Source: Vicinamibacteria bacterium
Lineage (GTDB): Bacteria > Acidobacteriota > Vicinamibacteria > Fen-336
Assembly: GCA_041493035.1 (NCBI GenBank)
Contig: JBGPYB010000004.1
Location: forward strand, 1,465-65,464
DNA length: 64,000 nucleotides
Direction: 5' to 3'
Of the stretch, positions 1 through 9,749 are shown in pieces; within the stretch, counting starts at the first letter, position 1, and each line of letters opens with the position of its first letter. The position numbers and the translations under genes are program-made. The notes under the pieces are model-generated. The model saw only the letters and a list, made by a program, of their open reading frames with translations, did not search any database and was not told the origin of the DNA.

Positions 1-1
1 G

Positions 2-823
2 CGGCCGCGCCGCGATCTCGTGGTGCGCTCCGTGGCCGTCCTGGGCAACTACGATTACGTCCTCGACTGGGTCTTCCTCCAGGACGGCAGCTTCAAGGTG
101 GTGGTGGGGGCCACCGGGGTTGTCGCCGTGAAGGGCGTCGCGGCTCGGACCGCGGCCGATACCCCGGGTGGGACCGGAGATCCCTACGGACGCTACGTGG
201 CTCCCCATACCGTCGCCATCAACCACGACCACTTCTTTTCCTATCGTCTCGACTTCGACGTGGACGGCACGTCCAACAGCTTCGAGCGCGACCTGTTCGT
301 GAAGAAGCGCACTCCGGAAGGGAACCTCCGCAGGAGTCTCTGGGCCGTTGAGTCGAGGATCGCCCACACGGAGCGTGACGGGATGGTCGATGTCATGGAA
401 CATTCCGAGGCGTTGCTCCGCGTCGTGAATCCAGCGGTGCGCGGACCCCTCGGCTATCCCGTGAGCTACGAGCTTCGCCCGGGCCACGGTGCCTCGATGC
501 TGCTCGACGCCGACGACTGGCCGCGCCGCCGCGCGGGCTTCGCTGACCACATGCTCTGGGTCACGCCCGAGCGCGACGACGAGCGGTACGCGGCGGGGGA
601 CTACGTCACCATGAGCCAGGGGGGCGACGGTCTCCCCAAGTGGACGAGCGCTAACCGGCCCATCGAGAAGACCGACATCGTGGTCTGGTACACGTTCGGG
701 ATGCACCACGCGCCGCGGGCCGAAGACTGGCCGATCATGCCGACGCTCTGGCACGAGCTGGAGATCCGGCCGTACGATTTCTTCGCCCGCAACCCAGCCC
801 TCGACCTCCCGCGGCCCAGGTAG
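2..823 (+). CDS. Copper amine oxidase, C-terminal catalytic domain (5'-partial, continues upstream of window)
   Basis: Frame is open to the window edge. TPQ consensus N-Y-D-Y (LGNYDYVLDW). His-rich copper-site motifs (VAINHDHFF, VWYTFGMHH). Confidence 0.8.
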   Translation, partial: RPRRDLVVRSVAVLGNYDYVLDWVFLQDGSFKVVVGATGVVAVKGVAARTAADTPGGTGDPYGRYVAPHTVAINHDHFFSYRLDFDVDGTSNSFERDLFVKKRTPEGNLRRSLWAVESRIAHTERDGMVDVMEHSEALLRVVNPAVRGPLGYPVSYELRPGHGASMLLDADDWPRRRAGFADHMLWVTPERDDERYAAGDYVTMSQGGDGLPKWTSANRPIEKTDIVVWYTFGMHHAPRAEDWPIMPTLWHELEIRPYDFFARNPALDLPRPR

Positions 824-2294
824 TCGTTCCGGGATCGAAGTCGGTGGTGGCGTACCATTCGGCGTAGAGGTTGTTCAGGGCCGCCGACACGTCGTCGGCG
901 TGACGGTCGCGGGCACAGAAGATGATCGTCTTCTGCTCGGGGCCTCCCGTGGCGACGAGCTGCGCGAAGAGATCCCGGCACATGGCCTCGACGCGGTCGG
1001 GCAAGAGAAGGCGATCTTCGAAGCTGCCGGGGTCGTATTGGTCGCGGGCCAGGTCTGCGCCGAGCAGCTCTCCCGTGAGCGCGTCTACCACGGTCTTGCC
1101 GGCAAGGTCGCGCTTGCTGACGCCGGTCTCTCGCTCACTCTGGGGATTCCGATCGAGGAAGATGTCGCGGCGTACTATCTCGCACGCGGCGAGATAGCCA
1201 TCGTCGATGCCCTGGCCGAGGTCGTACTCGTACGCGGGGTCGCCGAAATGACGCCTGTTGTCGGCCGAGAGTTGTTCGTCGGCCCGTGTTTCGGTGGTCG
1301 CCTCGCTCACTTCCAGCTCGCGTGGCGTCGCCGTGAGGCCCACCTGGACGGCGTCTGGGTTGCGGCGGAGGACCTCCGACCACTTGCCCCACGCCGACCG
1401 GTGGCACTCGTCGATGACGATGTGGCTGAAGTAGTCCTGGGGATAGTGGCGGTGCAGGAAGCTCGCGCTGCCGTCGTCGCTCGAGACGTCGAGGGTCTGG
1501 TACGTCGCGACGTGAATGCGCGCGTTGCGGGCGTGGTTGGCTCCGTCCGCGTCCTCGTAGACCTCGGCCGCATCGGCGCCGAAGACGCGTTGGAAGGCCG
1601 CAAGTCCCTGGCCACGCAGCTCGTCCCGGTCGCAGATGAAGAGGGCACGCCGGAGCTGACCGGCATCGGCGACGCGCTTCAGCAGGTTCACTGCGATGAA
1701 GGTCTTGCCTGAGCCGGTCGCGAGCGAGAGCAGCGCCCGCTTCTCGCCGCGGGCGAGCTTCTCCAAGACCGCTCGGATGGCGGCGTCCTGATAGTAGCGG
1801 CGCGTGGCCTCGCCACCCGCGTAGGGAACGAATAGCGGTCGGGCTGCCAAGTCGTCGAGGCTGAACCCGCGGTCACCCTCGTAACGCGCCCGGAGTTCCA
1901 TGGGCGCCGGAAGCTCGGCGAGTGGCCGCGGCTTCGACGTGAGGCCGTTCTTGCCGTCGAACTCGACGAAGAGGTAGCCGTTCGACGAGAAGACGAACGG
2001 GACGTTGAGCCGCTTGCAGGCGGCGTAGCCCTTCGCTTGCTCCAGGCCATGGCCGGGCGGGAGATCCTCGGACTTGGCCTCGATCAGGGCCACCGCCACC
2101 GGCTGCGAGCCCGGAGTCACGCGGATCCGGAGGACGTAGTCCGCTCGGCCGCGAGACTGCTTCCGGGGCTTCCCGTCGACGATTTCGATGGCCCCAGCCG
2201 TCTCCTCGCGCCGAATCAGGTCCTCGGTCCAGCCACGCGCGTGCAGAGCCGGGTCGAGCAGCTTCACCCGCGTGTCGGCTTCGCTGAGGGGCAT
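735..2294 (-). pseudogene. hsdR: Type I restriction enzyme R subunit (HsdR)-like, truncated after helicase domain 1
   Basis: N-terminus [22 protein letters not shown] (HsdR_N-type). Walker A LATGSGKTFIA, DECH box IVIDECHRSAW, motif III VGLTATP. Only about 485 aa of recognisable sequence before a nonsense tail that overlaps the convergent amine oxidase gene. No hsdM or hsdS in the window. Confidence 0.55.
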
Positions 2295-2390
2295 CGGGCG
2301 AATAGTGTATCCGGTCCTATCCTGTCCGCGCGTGGAGCTAGGCTTGGTTCAAATGCCAGGTCAGCCCAAGTTCGACGAGATCGGGTACTG

Positions 2391-3134
2391 ATGGCGCGCT
2401 CGGCGATTGAGTGGACGGAGTCGACGTGGAATCCGGTCACCGGCTGCGACAAGGTCAGCCCGGGCTGCAAACATTGCTACGCCGAGGTGATGGCGCGCCG
2501 CCTCAAGGGCATGGGGCAGCCCAACTACCGCAACGGCTTCGAGCTGACTCTACAGCCACAGATGTTGGAGCGGCCCCTCAGTTGGCGGCAGCCGCAAATG
2601 GTCTTCGTCAATTCCATGTCCGACCTGTTTCACAAGGACGTGCCTCTGTCCTACATCCGGCAGGTCTTCGACGTGATGCGGCGCGCGTCGTGGCACACGT
2701 TCCAGGTGCTGACGAAGCGCGCCGACCGACTGGAGGAACTCGCTCGCCGACTCGCTTGGCCCAGCAACGTCTGGATGGGTGTGAGCGTTGAGCGAGGAGA
2801 CTACGCGTTTCGTATCGACCATCTCAGGAGAACGCCCGCGTCCGTGCGGTTCCTGTCTCTGGAACCGCTGCTCGGGCCGCTTCCTCGATTGAACTTGGAA
2901 GGGATCGATTGGGTGATCGTCGGCGGTGAGTCGGGCCCTCGAGCGCGGCCGATGAAGGAGGAGTGGGCGCTCGAGATCCTTGGGCAGTGCCGGAACGCCG
3001 GCGTTCCCTTCTTCTTCAAGCAGTGGGGCGGACGGAACAAGAAAGCGGCGGGACGCCTCTTGAAGGGAAGGGCGTTCGACGAAATGCCGAGTCTTGGTCC
3101 GCTATCCGCAGACCACGCGAGCCCCTGTCAATGA
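2391..3134 (+). CDS. Phage Gp37/Gp68 family protein (DUF5131)
   Basis: 247 aa with N-terminal Cys cluster [19 protein letters not shown] and family-typical length. ATG at 2391 is the first start clear of the divergent hsdR-like gene. Confidence 0.7.
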   Translation: MARSAIEWTESTWNPVTGCDKVSPGCKHCYAEVMARRLKGMGQPNYRNGFELTLQPQMLERPLSWRQPQMVFVNSMSDLFHKDVPLSYIRQVFDVMRRASWHTFQVLTKRADRLEELARRLAWPSNVWMGVSVERGDYAFRIDHLRRTPASVRFLSLEPLLGPLPRLNLEGIDWVIVGGESGPRARPMKEEWALEILGQCRNAGVPFFFKQWGGRNKKAAGRLLKGRAFDEMPSLGPLSADHASPCQ

Positions 3135-3288
3135 GTTCAGTAGCGGACCAGTTGGCGTCGACGCCCTCTATCGCCGCCGGGCGTGCTTTCCCGCGAGGGA
3201 GCGAACGATCCCTTCGTCCATCTCCCGGACGCTGCGCGGTCGCCCACCCTTCCGGTAGAGCATGCCGTGCAGCTCCTTTACGTCGGGC

Positions 3289-3498
3289 CTAGATCCTCTT
3301 TCGCGTCTTGTCTGTCGCCCCATAGAAGTCCTCGCGGCTGAAGGTCGACTGCCGGATCATGCTCTTGATCAGGTCAACCGAAAACGATCGGATGGACTTG
3401 TCCACCGTGACTATCGCCCGCTTGTGGCCTTCGGAGGCGGGTCGTTCGTATTGAGCATGCGAGCCGTCTTGCCGTTTGAATGCGAAACCCAGAGCCAA
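3289..3498 (-). CDS. hicA: HicA-family toxin (type II TA mRNA interferase)
   Basis: 69 aa. GSHAQYERPASEGHKRAIVTV...LIKSMIRQ fits the HicA pattern GSH-x-Y...H...TVP.H...L...I.kQ. Confidence 0.65.
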   Translation of the reverse strand: MALGFAFKRQDGSHAQYERPASEGHKRAIVTVDKSIRSFSVDLIKSMIRQSTFSREDFYGATDKTRKRI

Positions 3499-3555
3499 GA
3501 CGATGGCAATTACCTCGCCCGAGTCAGGGGCGGGTAACGCCGTCGTCCCATTCAG

Positions 3556-3975
3556 TCAGCAGGGCCGAGGAGCGTGGGCCGACGATTCTGATGGCGAAAA
3601 GAGGTGTCGACGAAGCCGTAGGCGTTCAGGGAGGAATTTCAATGACCAGAGGTAGTACTTGACCCAATGCGTGAACGGCGCAGGCCGCATCACAAGATCC
3701 TCGGATGGCCCATCGAACGCGACGGCCAAGTAGCCGTGGACTGCTTCTTGGAGCTTGCCGATAGCCTCTTCTTCCGCATTGCCCTGAGTTAGCAGATCAA
3801 GATCAAGGCACTCGGCGATATAGGAGGGGCCGCTCCGATAGGTGAACCACCGGAGCGCGTGTTCTCGACCGCATGAGCAATGGAGCAACGGCATACGGAT
3901 GACGATGCCACCGCAGATGGGGCAATGGCGAACTTGCCGAAAGTCGCCCGCGTCTGCGACTGGATCCGTTGCCAT
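3556..3975 (-). CDS. hicB: HicB-family antitoxin-like protein with N-terminal zinc ribbon
   Basis: YIAECLDLDLLTQGNAEEEAIGKLQEAVHGYL matches the HicB_N/UPF0150 signature (Y.A..PDLPGC.TQGET.EEA..N..EAI...LE). Upstream CPICGG-x11-CSCG zinc ribbon. Start is ambiguous (ATG at 3975 or 4122). Lies upstream of hicA, the reverse of the canonical order. Confidence 0.5.
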   Translation of the reverse strand: MATDPVADAGDFRQVRHCPICGGIVIRMPLLHCSCGREHALRWFTYRSGPSYIAECLDLDLLTQGNAEEEAIGKLQEAVHGYLAVAFDGPSEDLVMRPAPFTHWVKYYLWSLKFLPERLRLRRHLFSPSESSAHAPRPC

Positions 3976-4133
3976 CGTTTCCCCTGTCTCCTGAGCCACT
4001 CCGCCCCGACTGCAAGTGCAAGCATATACCCCATCTGTCCCGAGCCGAGCAAGGCTACGAACTCGGCAAGGGTCCAAACGTGATCGATAACGCCCGTTTG
4101 CGCTGATGACCTCCGACGTCACCAGCCGGAACC

Positions 4134-5417
4134 CTACCGCCGCGCGAGGAGCGCGTATTCCTGCGGCGCGTACAGGAAGTCGTTCAGCTTGCGGAGGTTC
4201 TCGTTCAGGACCTCGAGCGCGCGGGGCGGAAGCTCCTCGGCCGGAACCTCCTGCAGTCGCGTCGCCGCGTCCACAGGCGAGCGTAGCTCGACGCGAACGT
4301 CGCTGAAGCCTGCCGCCGCCGCCAGGAACGACAGCGTGTCGGGGTGGAGGGGCTTCTCGTGGGTGAGGTCCCGGTTGTAGATCTCGAGGAACCCGAGGAC
4401 AGAGCGCGGGTTGATCGTCTCGAGAACGAGCAGGCCACCCTTGCGCAAGACGCGATGAGCCTCGCGGAGCGTCTCCTGGAGGACGGCCGGAGGAAGGTGC
4501 TCGGCTACCTGTGCGGCGAAGACCCCGCCGAATGATCCCTTGGTCCGCGCGCGCAGGAACGAGAGCAGATCGCCTGGCTCCACGTCGAGGCCTCGATCGA
4601 GTCCCTCGCGGACGAGGGCGGCGTTCCCTTCGACCCCGTGGGCCGCGATGGCGTTTTCCTTGAGCAGCTCGAGGAACTCCCCGCGTCCGCAGCCCAGATC
4701 GGCCACCGGTTCGAGACCGCGGAATAGATCCACGTACGACGCGAGACGCTCGCGGATTTCGTCGCGGCTTCCGCGATACCGGTTCTCGAATGCGATATAG
4801 GCGGAGTCGCTGGCCGCTTGCTCCGCCGCCGCTGCGACGCGTTCCGGGGGCGGCGAAGCGAGCGTTCCACGAAGGGCGCGCACCTCTTCCGACACGGCTT
4901 CGAGTCGGTCGCGCAGCGCGAGCAGCCCTTCGATGCGCCGGCCGAGCGACTCCTGCCGGCGGTCGAAGGCCTCGAGGATCAGCTCGGCTCTCGACGTCGC
5001 GAGGGCCGAAGCCATACGGTCGCGAGCATCCATCACCGGGAGGACGCGTTGGAGGTAGTGCATCAGAGCCGCGATCAGATCGCGGAGTCGGGCGTGGAGG
5101 CGGGCGGTCTCGTCGACATGGCCGTTGAGAATCTGAACGACCGTGGAGTTGAACTCGGCCTGCCGGTCGATCGCGGGAGCCATGACTCCCCAGATGCTTC
5201 TGTGGAACCGGCCGGTCAGCCCACTCCCCTGCGGCCCCGCCGGGGCGGTCCAGAGCGAGTTGAGGCGCGCCATCTGGTTCGGAAGGTCCGGGAGCTTCTC
5301 CGCCGGCAGGGGGAATGTGGCGAGGGCGTCGATGGCGGCCAACACCGAGGCGTAAGACGAGTCCTCTTCGTCGAGCTTCTTCCGGAGGGCGAGAAGATCC
5401 GGTGACTGGTCGTCCAA
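4134..5417 (-). CDS. Class I SAM-dependent methyltransferase with long N-terminal coiled-coil region
   Basis: Motif I DLGCGRGEFLELL, post-I acidic residue, LLVLE motif. About 200 aa N-terminal helical/coiled-coil region. Confidence 0.7.
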   Translation of the reverse strand: MDDQSPDLLALRKKLDEEDSSYASVLAAIDALATFPLPAEKLPDLPNQMARLNSLWTAPAGPQGSGLTGRFHRSIWGVMAPAIDRQAEFNSTVVQILNGHVDETARLHARLRDLIAALMHYLQRVLPVMDARDRMASALATSRAELILEAFDRRQESLGRRIEGLLALRDRLEAVSEEVRALRGTLASPPPERVAAAAEQAASDSAYIAFENRYRGSRDEIRERLASYVDLFRGLEPVADLGCGRGEFLELLKENAIAAHGVEGNAALVREGLDRGLDVEPGDLLSFLRARTKGSFGGVFAAQVAEHLPPAVLQETLREAHRVLRKGGLLVLETINPRSVLGFLEIYNRDLTHEKPLHPDTLSFLAAAAGFSDVRVELRSPVDAATRLQEVPAEELPPRALEVLNENLRKLNDFLYAPQEYALLARR

Positions 5418-5420
5418 GCG

Positions 5421-6200
5421 CTACCGGCCGACGACGCCTTCGAGGGGCGACGAAGCGGAAGCGTACATCTTCCGCGGGATCCGCCCTGCCAGGAACGCGT
5501 CGCGCCCCGCTTCGACGGCCTTGCGCATCGCCCGTGCCATCAGGACGGGGTCCGCCGCAAGGGCGATGGCCGTGTTCATCAGGACGCCGTCGGCGCCGAG
5601 CTCCATGGCGATGGCGGCGTCCGAGGCGGTGCCGACACCTGCGTCGACGATGACGGGGACGCCCACCGCCTCCTTGATGAGCTGGATGTTGATCCGGTTC
5701 TGGATCCCGAGGCCGCTGCCGATGGGCGCCCCGAGAGGCATCACCGACGCGGCGCCGGCATCCTCGAGCTTCTTGGCGATCACGACGTCGTCGGTGGTGT
5801 AGGGGAGGACGACGAAGCCCTCCTTGACCAGGATCCGCGTCGCGGCCAGCAGCCCCTCGACGTCGGGGTAGAGCGTCTTCTGGTCGCCGATCACCTCGAG
5901 CTTGACCCAGTGGCTGAGGCCCGCCTCACGGCCGAGGCGCGCGGTGCGCACGGCCTCGTCGGCGGTGTAGCAGGCGGCGGTGTTGGGGAGGATGAACATC
6001 CGGTCTGCGTCGATGTGGTCGAGGAGATTCTCCGGGCCGCGGTTGTTCAGGTCGACGCGGCGCACGGCCACCGTGACCATGTCGGCTCCCGAGGCCTCGT
6101 GGGCCTCGCGCATCACGCGGAAGCTCGGGTACTTGCCGGTGCCGACGATCAGGCGCGAGCGAAGCTCGCGGCCCGCGACGACGAGCGAGTCGCTTGCCAT
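5421..6200 (-). CDS. thiG: Thiazole synthase ThiG
   Basis: Full-length similarity ([44 protein letters not shown]). ATG at 6200 gives a ThiG-typical length. Confidence 0.9.
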   Translation of the reverse strand: MASDSLVVAGRELRSRLIVGTGKYPSFRVMREAHEASGADMVTVAVRRVDLNNRGPENLLDHIDADRMFILPNTAACYTADEAVRTARLGREAGLSHWVKLEVIGDQKTLYPDVEGLLAATRILVKEGFVVLPYTTDDVVIAKKLEDAGAASVMPLGAPIGSGLGIQNRINIQLIKEAVGVPVIVDAGVGTASDAAIAMELGADGVLMNTAIALAADPVLMARAMRKAVEAGRDAFLAGRIPRKMYASASSPLEGVVGR

Positions 6201-6210
6201 GGGCTCGATG

Positions 6211-6435
6211 TTAGCACGCACCACCCCCGACGAAGGTCACGATCTCCAGGCGATCACCCGGGCTCAACCGCCGCGCAGGGTGTTCGGCGCGGGGGACGAC
6301 TTCGAGGTTCATTTCCACCGCGACTCGCCGTGGGTCGAGGGAAAGGCGACTCAGGAGATCGGCGATCGTGGAGCCTTCTGGGACCGACACACCATCGCCG
6401 TTGACCTGCACCTCGAACCCGGCTGGCCGCGACAA
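6211..6435 (-). CDS. thiS: Sulfur carrier protein ThiS with 2-residue C-terminal extension (…FVGGG-AC)
   Basis: 74 aa beta-grasp-size protein immediately upstream of thiG. Ends VTFVGGGAC instead of terminating at Gly-Gly. Confidence 0.7.
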   Translation of the reverse strand: MSRPAGFEVQVNGDGVSVPEGSTIADLLSRLSLDPRRVAVEMNLEVVPRAEHPARRLSPGDRLEIVTFVGGGAC

Positions 6436-6440
6436 ACGGG

Positions 6441-6818
6441 TTACTTGACGGCGGCGCGGGCCGCGAGATAGGCGAGGACGATCTCGTCCAGGGAGAGGTC
6501 CTCCATCACGGTCCGGTCACCTGCGGAGTCGAAGCGTCCCCGCTTGACCTCCATGATCATCCCCTTGTGCTGGTCCTCCATCAGCTTCGTGATGGCGGCC
6601 TCGTCGGAGTGGTCCTTGACCAGCTCCGCGTAGGGAAGGCGTCGCGAACCGAGGATCTCTCCACCCTTGTAGATGAGGGTCTCGATGAGGGGATTGGCTG
6701 TTCCTTTGTCCTCGGTCTGGACGTGGTAGACAACACCGCGGAACTTGACGTCGGTGTTGAAGCCGGTGATCACGAATGAATTCTGGGTTCCTCCGTCGCG
6801 GGTTGTCAAGCGGTCCAT
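6441..6818 (-). CDS. Hypothetical protein (conserved [10 protein letters not shown] motif), 5 nt upstream of thiS
   Basis: ORF with plausible ATG at 6818 ([10 protein letters not shown]...). Spacing suggests co-transcription with thiSG. No family assignable by eye. Confidence 0.4.
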   Translation of the reverse strand: MDRLTTRDGGTQNSFVITGFNTDVKFRGVVYHVQTEDKGTANPLIETLIYKGGEILGSRRLPYAELVKDHSDEAAITKLMEDQHKGMIMEVKRGRFDSAGDRTVMEDLSLDEIVLAYLAARAAVK

Positions 6819-6964
6819 AATGCCGGCGGAGGAAGCGTCTTGGACGACGAGGACAAGGTGCCGCTCTTCGGGACGTGGCGGCGGATCTACGCCGCGGTCG
6901 TCCTCTGCGCCCTCGCCTCGATGGGGCTCATCGCACTCTTCTCCCACTGGGACTACTGAGAGCC

Positions 6965-8638
6965 TTGTCCTCCCTCGATTGGGCCGTCCTTCTCGTCTAT
7001 CTCGTCGCCATCGTCTCCTTCGGCGTCTTCATGGGGCGAGGCAACAAGAAGATTTCCGACTTCTTTCTGGCCGGCCGGGAGATGCGGTGGTGGGCGGTGG
7101 GCCTGTCCGTCATGGCGACGCAGATCAGCGCCATCACCTTCGTGGGGACCACCGGGCAGGCCTACACCGACGGGATGCGCTTTCTCGTCGTCTACTTCGC
7201 ACTCCCCTTCGCCATGGTGATCCTCTGCGTCACCCTCGTGCCATTCTTCTACCGCGCCGGCGTCTTCACGGCGTACGAATACCTCGAGAAGCGCTTCGAC
7301 GGTCGTACGCGAACCCTCACGAGCCTCCTGTTCCTGATCTCGCGCGGTCTCTCGGTGGGCGTCACCCTCTACGCGCCGTCACTCGTGCTGTCGGTCATTC
7401 TTGGATGGAGTGAAGGGGCCACAATCCTGCTCATGGCGGGGACCACGATCGTCTACGTGATCTACGGCGGCAACAAGTCCGTCATCTGGACCGACGTGGT
7501 GCAGATGACGTTCATCTGGTTCGGGATCTTCCTCTGCGTCGGCATCGCCGTCAGCCATCTCCCCACGGGGGTCGGCCTGCGGGATGCGCTGGCCCTCGCC
7601 CAGACGACCGGGCGCCTGAGGATCTTCGACCTGTCGCCGAGTCTCACGAAGCCCTACACCTTCTGGAGCGGCCTCATCGGGGGGCTGTTCCTGATGCTCT
7701 CGTACTTCGGCTGCGACCAGAGCCAGGTGCAGCGCTATCTTTCCGGGAGCAGCCTGACCCAGAGCCGGCTCGCGCTGCTGTTCAGCGCATTTCTCAAGGT
7801 GCCGATGCAGTTCCTCATCCTGCTCACGGGGATCCTCGTTTTCGTCTTCTACCACTTTCAGCCACCGCCGCTCCTGTGGAATCCTGTCGCCCTCGCCCGT
7901 TTCGAGCGGGAAGCACCCAAGAACGACGTCGTGCGTCTCGAGGAACGCTACGCGAAGGCGGTGACCGAGCGGCGCGTCGCTGCCGAGGCCTATCTCGCCG
8001 CCCACCGCCGCAGCGGCTCGACAGGAGCCGAGGAATACCTGGGAGCGAGCCGGGAGGTGGACGCCGCGCGCAAGGAGGCCGCGGGGATCATGGGGCGGCT
8101 CGACGGAGCCGTCTACCGCGACACCAACTACATCTTCCCGACCTACATCGTCACGCAGCTTCCACGCGGCCTCGTCGGCCTGGTCATCGCCGTCATCTTC
8201 GCGGCAGCGATGTCGGCTCTTTCGGGGGAGCTGAGCGCCCTCGCGACGGCCTCGATGGTGGATTTCTACCGCCGCTTCGTGCGCACCGAGGGAGGAGACG
8301 CGCAGGAGCTCCTGGCGTCCCGCGTCCTCACCGGCGTGTGGGGCGGCTTCGCTTGCCTTGTCGCCCTGGAGGCGGGCCGCCTGGGCTCGGCTATCGAAGT
8401 GGTCAACAAGTTCGGATCGTACTTCTACGGCTCGATCCTCGGCGTCTTCGGCCTCGCCGTGTTGACGCCGACGGCCTCCGCAAGAGGGGCCTTCTATGGC
8501 CTGATCGTAGGCGTCGCGACGGTGGTCGCGGTCGCCACGCTCACCCCGATTCACTTCCTCTGGTACAACGTCGTCGGCGTCGTGACCGTCTTCGCCGTCG
8601 GCCTCGCGATCACCGCCCTCGCTCGGCCGAGGACCTAG
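6965..8638 (+). CDS. Sodium:solute symporter (SSS) family transporter with about 110-aa hydrophilic insertion
   Basis: Multiple TM helices and SSS-like motifs (GGNKSVIWTDVVQ, FGCDQSQVQRYL). Start is ambiguous: TTG at 6965 just before TM1, or GTG at 6875. Confidence 0.65.
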   Translation: MSSLDWAVLLVYLVAIVSFGVFMGRGNKKISDFFLAGREMRWWAVGLSVMATQISAITFVGTTGQAYTDGMRFLVVYFALPFAMVILCVTLVPFFYRAGVFTAYEYLEKRFDGRTRTLTSLLFLISRGLSVGVTLYAPSLVLSVILGWSEGATILLMAGTTIVYVIYGGNKSVIWTDVVQMTFIWFGIFLCVGIAVSHLPTGVGLRDALALAQTTGRLRIFDLSPSLTKPYTFWSGLIGGLFLMLSYFGCDQSQVQRYLSGSSLTQSRLALLFSAFLKVPMQFLILLTGILVFVFYHFQPPPLLWNPVALARFEREAPKNDVVRLEERYAKAVTERRVAAEAYLAAHRRSGSTGAEEYLGASREVDAARKEAAGIMGRLDGAVYRDTNYIFPTYIVTQLPRGLVGLVIAVIFAAAMSALSGELSALATASMVDFYRRFVRTEGGDAQELLASRVLTGVWGGFACLVALEAGRLGSAIEVVNKFGSYFYGSILGVFGLAVLTPTASARGAFYGLIVGVATVVAVATLTPIHFLWYNVVGVVTVFAVGLAITALARPRT

Positions 8639-9671
8639 CCTCGGCCGCCAGCAAGGCTCGCTTCCGTTCCACTCCCCAGCGATAACCTGTCATCGTCCCG
8701 CCCGCGCCGAGAGCGCGGTGGCATGGGATGGCGACCGCCACCGGGTTGGTGGCGCAGGCGCGTCCGACCGCGCGTGCGGCCTTCGGCACGCCAAGGCTCG
8801 CGGCGATCTGGCCGTAAGTCCGCGTCTCCCCACTTGGAATTTCGCGGAGAGCTTCGAAGACGCGCCACTGAAACGCCGTGACGCGAATGTCGACAGGCAC
8901 GTCGGCAGCATCGCCGCCTTTGACCCGTTTCGTGAGGCCGCGGACCCATGCGGCATGGGCTCCCTCCGCACGGTGGATCTCGGCCTCGGGGTACTCAAGG
9001 CGCAGGGCCTCCGCCAGCTTCGACTCGTTCTCGCCGAAATAGACCGCCGACACGCCGCGGTCCGTCGAGGCGACGAGCATCCGGCCGAGGGGGCATGGGG
9101 CGACGGTGTAACCGATCCGCATCCCTCGGCCGCCCCGCCGGTAGGTCGAGGGGGTCATGCCCAGGCGGGCGTCGGACTTCTCGTAGAGCCGGCTGCTGGA
9201 GCCGTACCCGGCTTCGTAGAGTGCATGCGTCACAGGCTGTCCCTCCTTGAGGTGCTTCTTGAGCGCACCGACTCGGCGCGCGTCGGCGTATTGCCGCGGG
9301 GTGATTCCCAGTGCTCCCTGAAAAACGCGTTGAACGTGACGCGGACTCAAGCCCACCGCCACACCCAGCTCTGCGAGCCGGACCGGCACATCCTCATCGA
9401 GGCGCTCTTCGATGAGGCGGCAGACACGCGCCACGAGGGCTGCCTGCGGAGCCGAGGGTGCTTCACGCGGCCGGCACCGTCGGCAGCTCCTGAACCCAGC
9501 ACCCTCGGCGTCGTCGGGCTTCGGGAAGAACGCGACGTTCGCGCGCTTCGCGTGCCGCGCCGGGCACGACGGCCGGCAGTAGATCCCCGTGGAGCGGACG
9601 GCAAAGACGAAGGCCCCGTCGAATCGCCGGTCCCGGTCGAGAACCGCTTGCCATTGCGCCCTGTCGGTCAA
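8610..9671 (-). CDS. ada: Bifunctional Ada: methylphosphotriester-DNA repair / AraC-type regulator / O6-methylguanine-DNA methyltransferase
   Basis: N-terminal Ada Zn-binding domain (FVFAVRSTGIYCRPSCPARHAKRAN), AraC HTH, C-terminal PCHR active site (AIPCHRAL). Confidence 0.85.
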   Translation of the reverse strand: MTDRAQWQAVLDRDRRFDGAFVFAVRSTGIYCRPSCPARHAKRANVAFFPKPDDAEGAGFRSCRRCRPREAPSAPQAALVARVCRLIEERLDEDVPVRLAELGVAVGLSPRHVQRVFQGALGITPRQYADARRVGALKKHLKEGQPVTHALYEAGYGSSSRLYEKSDARLGMTPSTYRRGGRGMRIGYTVAPCPLGRMLVASTDRGVSAVYFGENESKLAEALRLEYPEAEIHRAEGAHAAWVRGLTKRVKGGDAADVPVDIRVTAFQWRVFEALREIPSGETRTYGQIAASLGVPKAARAVGRACATNPVAVAIPCHRALGAGGTMTGYRWGVERKRALLAAEARSSAERGR

Positions 9672-9749
9672 CTCCCACCTCCGGACGTCAGGGTAGACGA
9701 GTCGAGCCTCCAGGGTCCATCCGAATCGGGACGTCGAAATCCAGGAGGC

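Noticed and set aside
2037-2390. N-terminal 118-aa extension of the Gp37/Gp68 ORF
   Set aside because: Overlaps the hsdR-like gene on the other strand and is Arg/Gly/Pro-rich with no family signal. ATG at 2391 precedes the conserved Cys cluster.
6819-6964. Possible TPP (THI-box) riboswitch upstream of the thiS-thiG unit
   Set aside because: The reverse-complement leader lacks CUGAGA and the ACCUGAUCUGGAUAAUGCCAGCG-type core. thiS is only 5 nt downstream of another gene, so any leader would be further upstream and none was seen.
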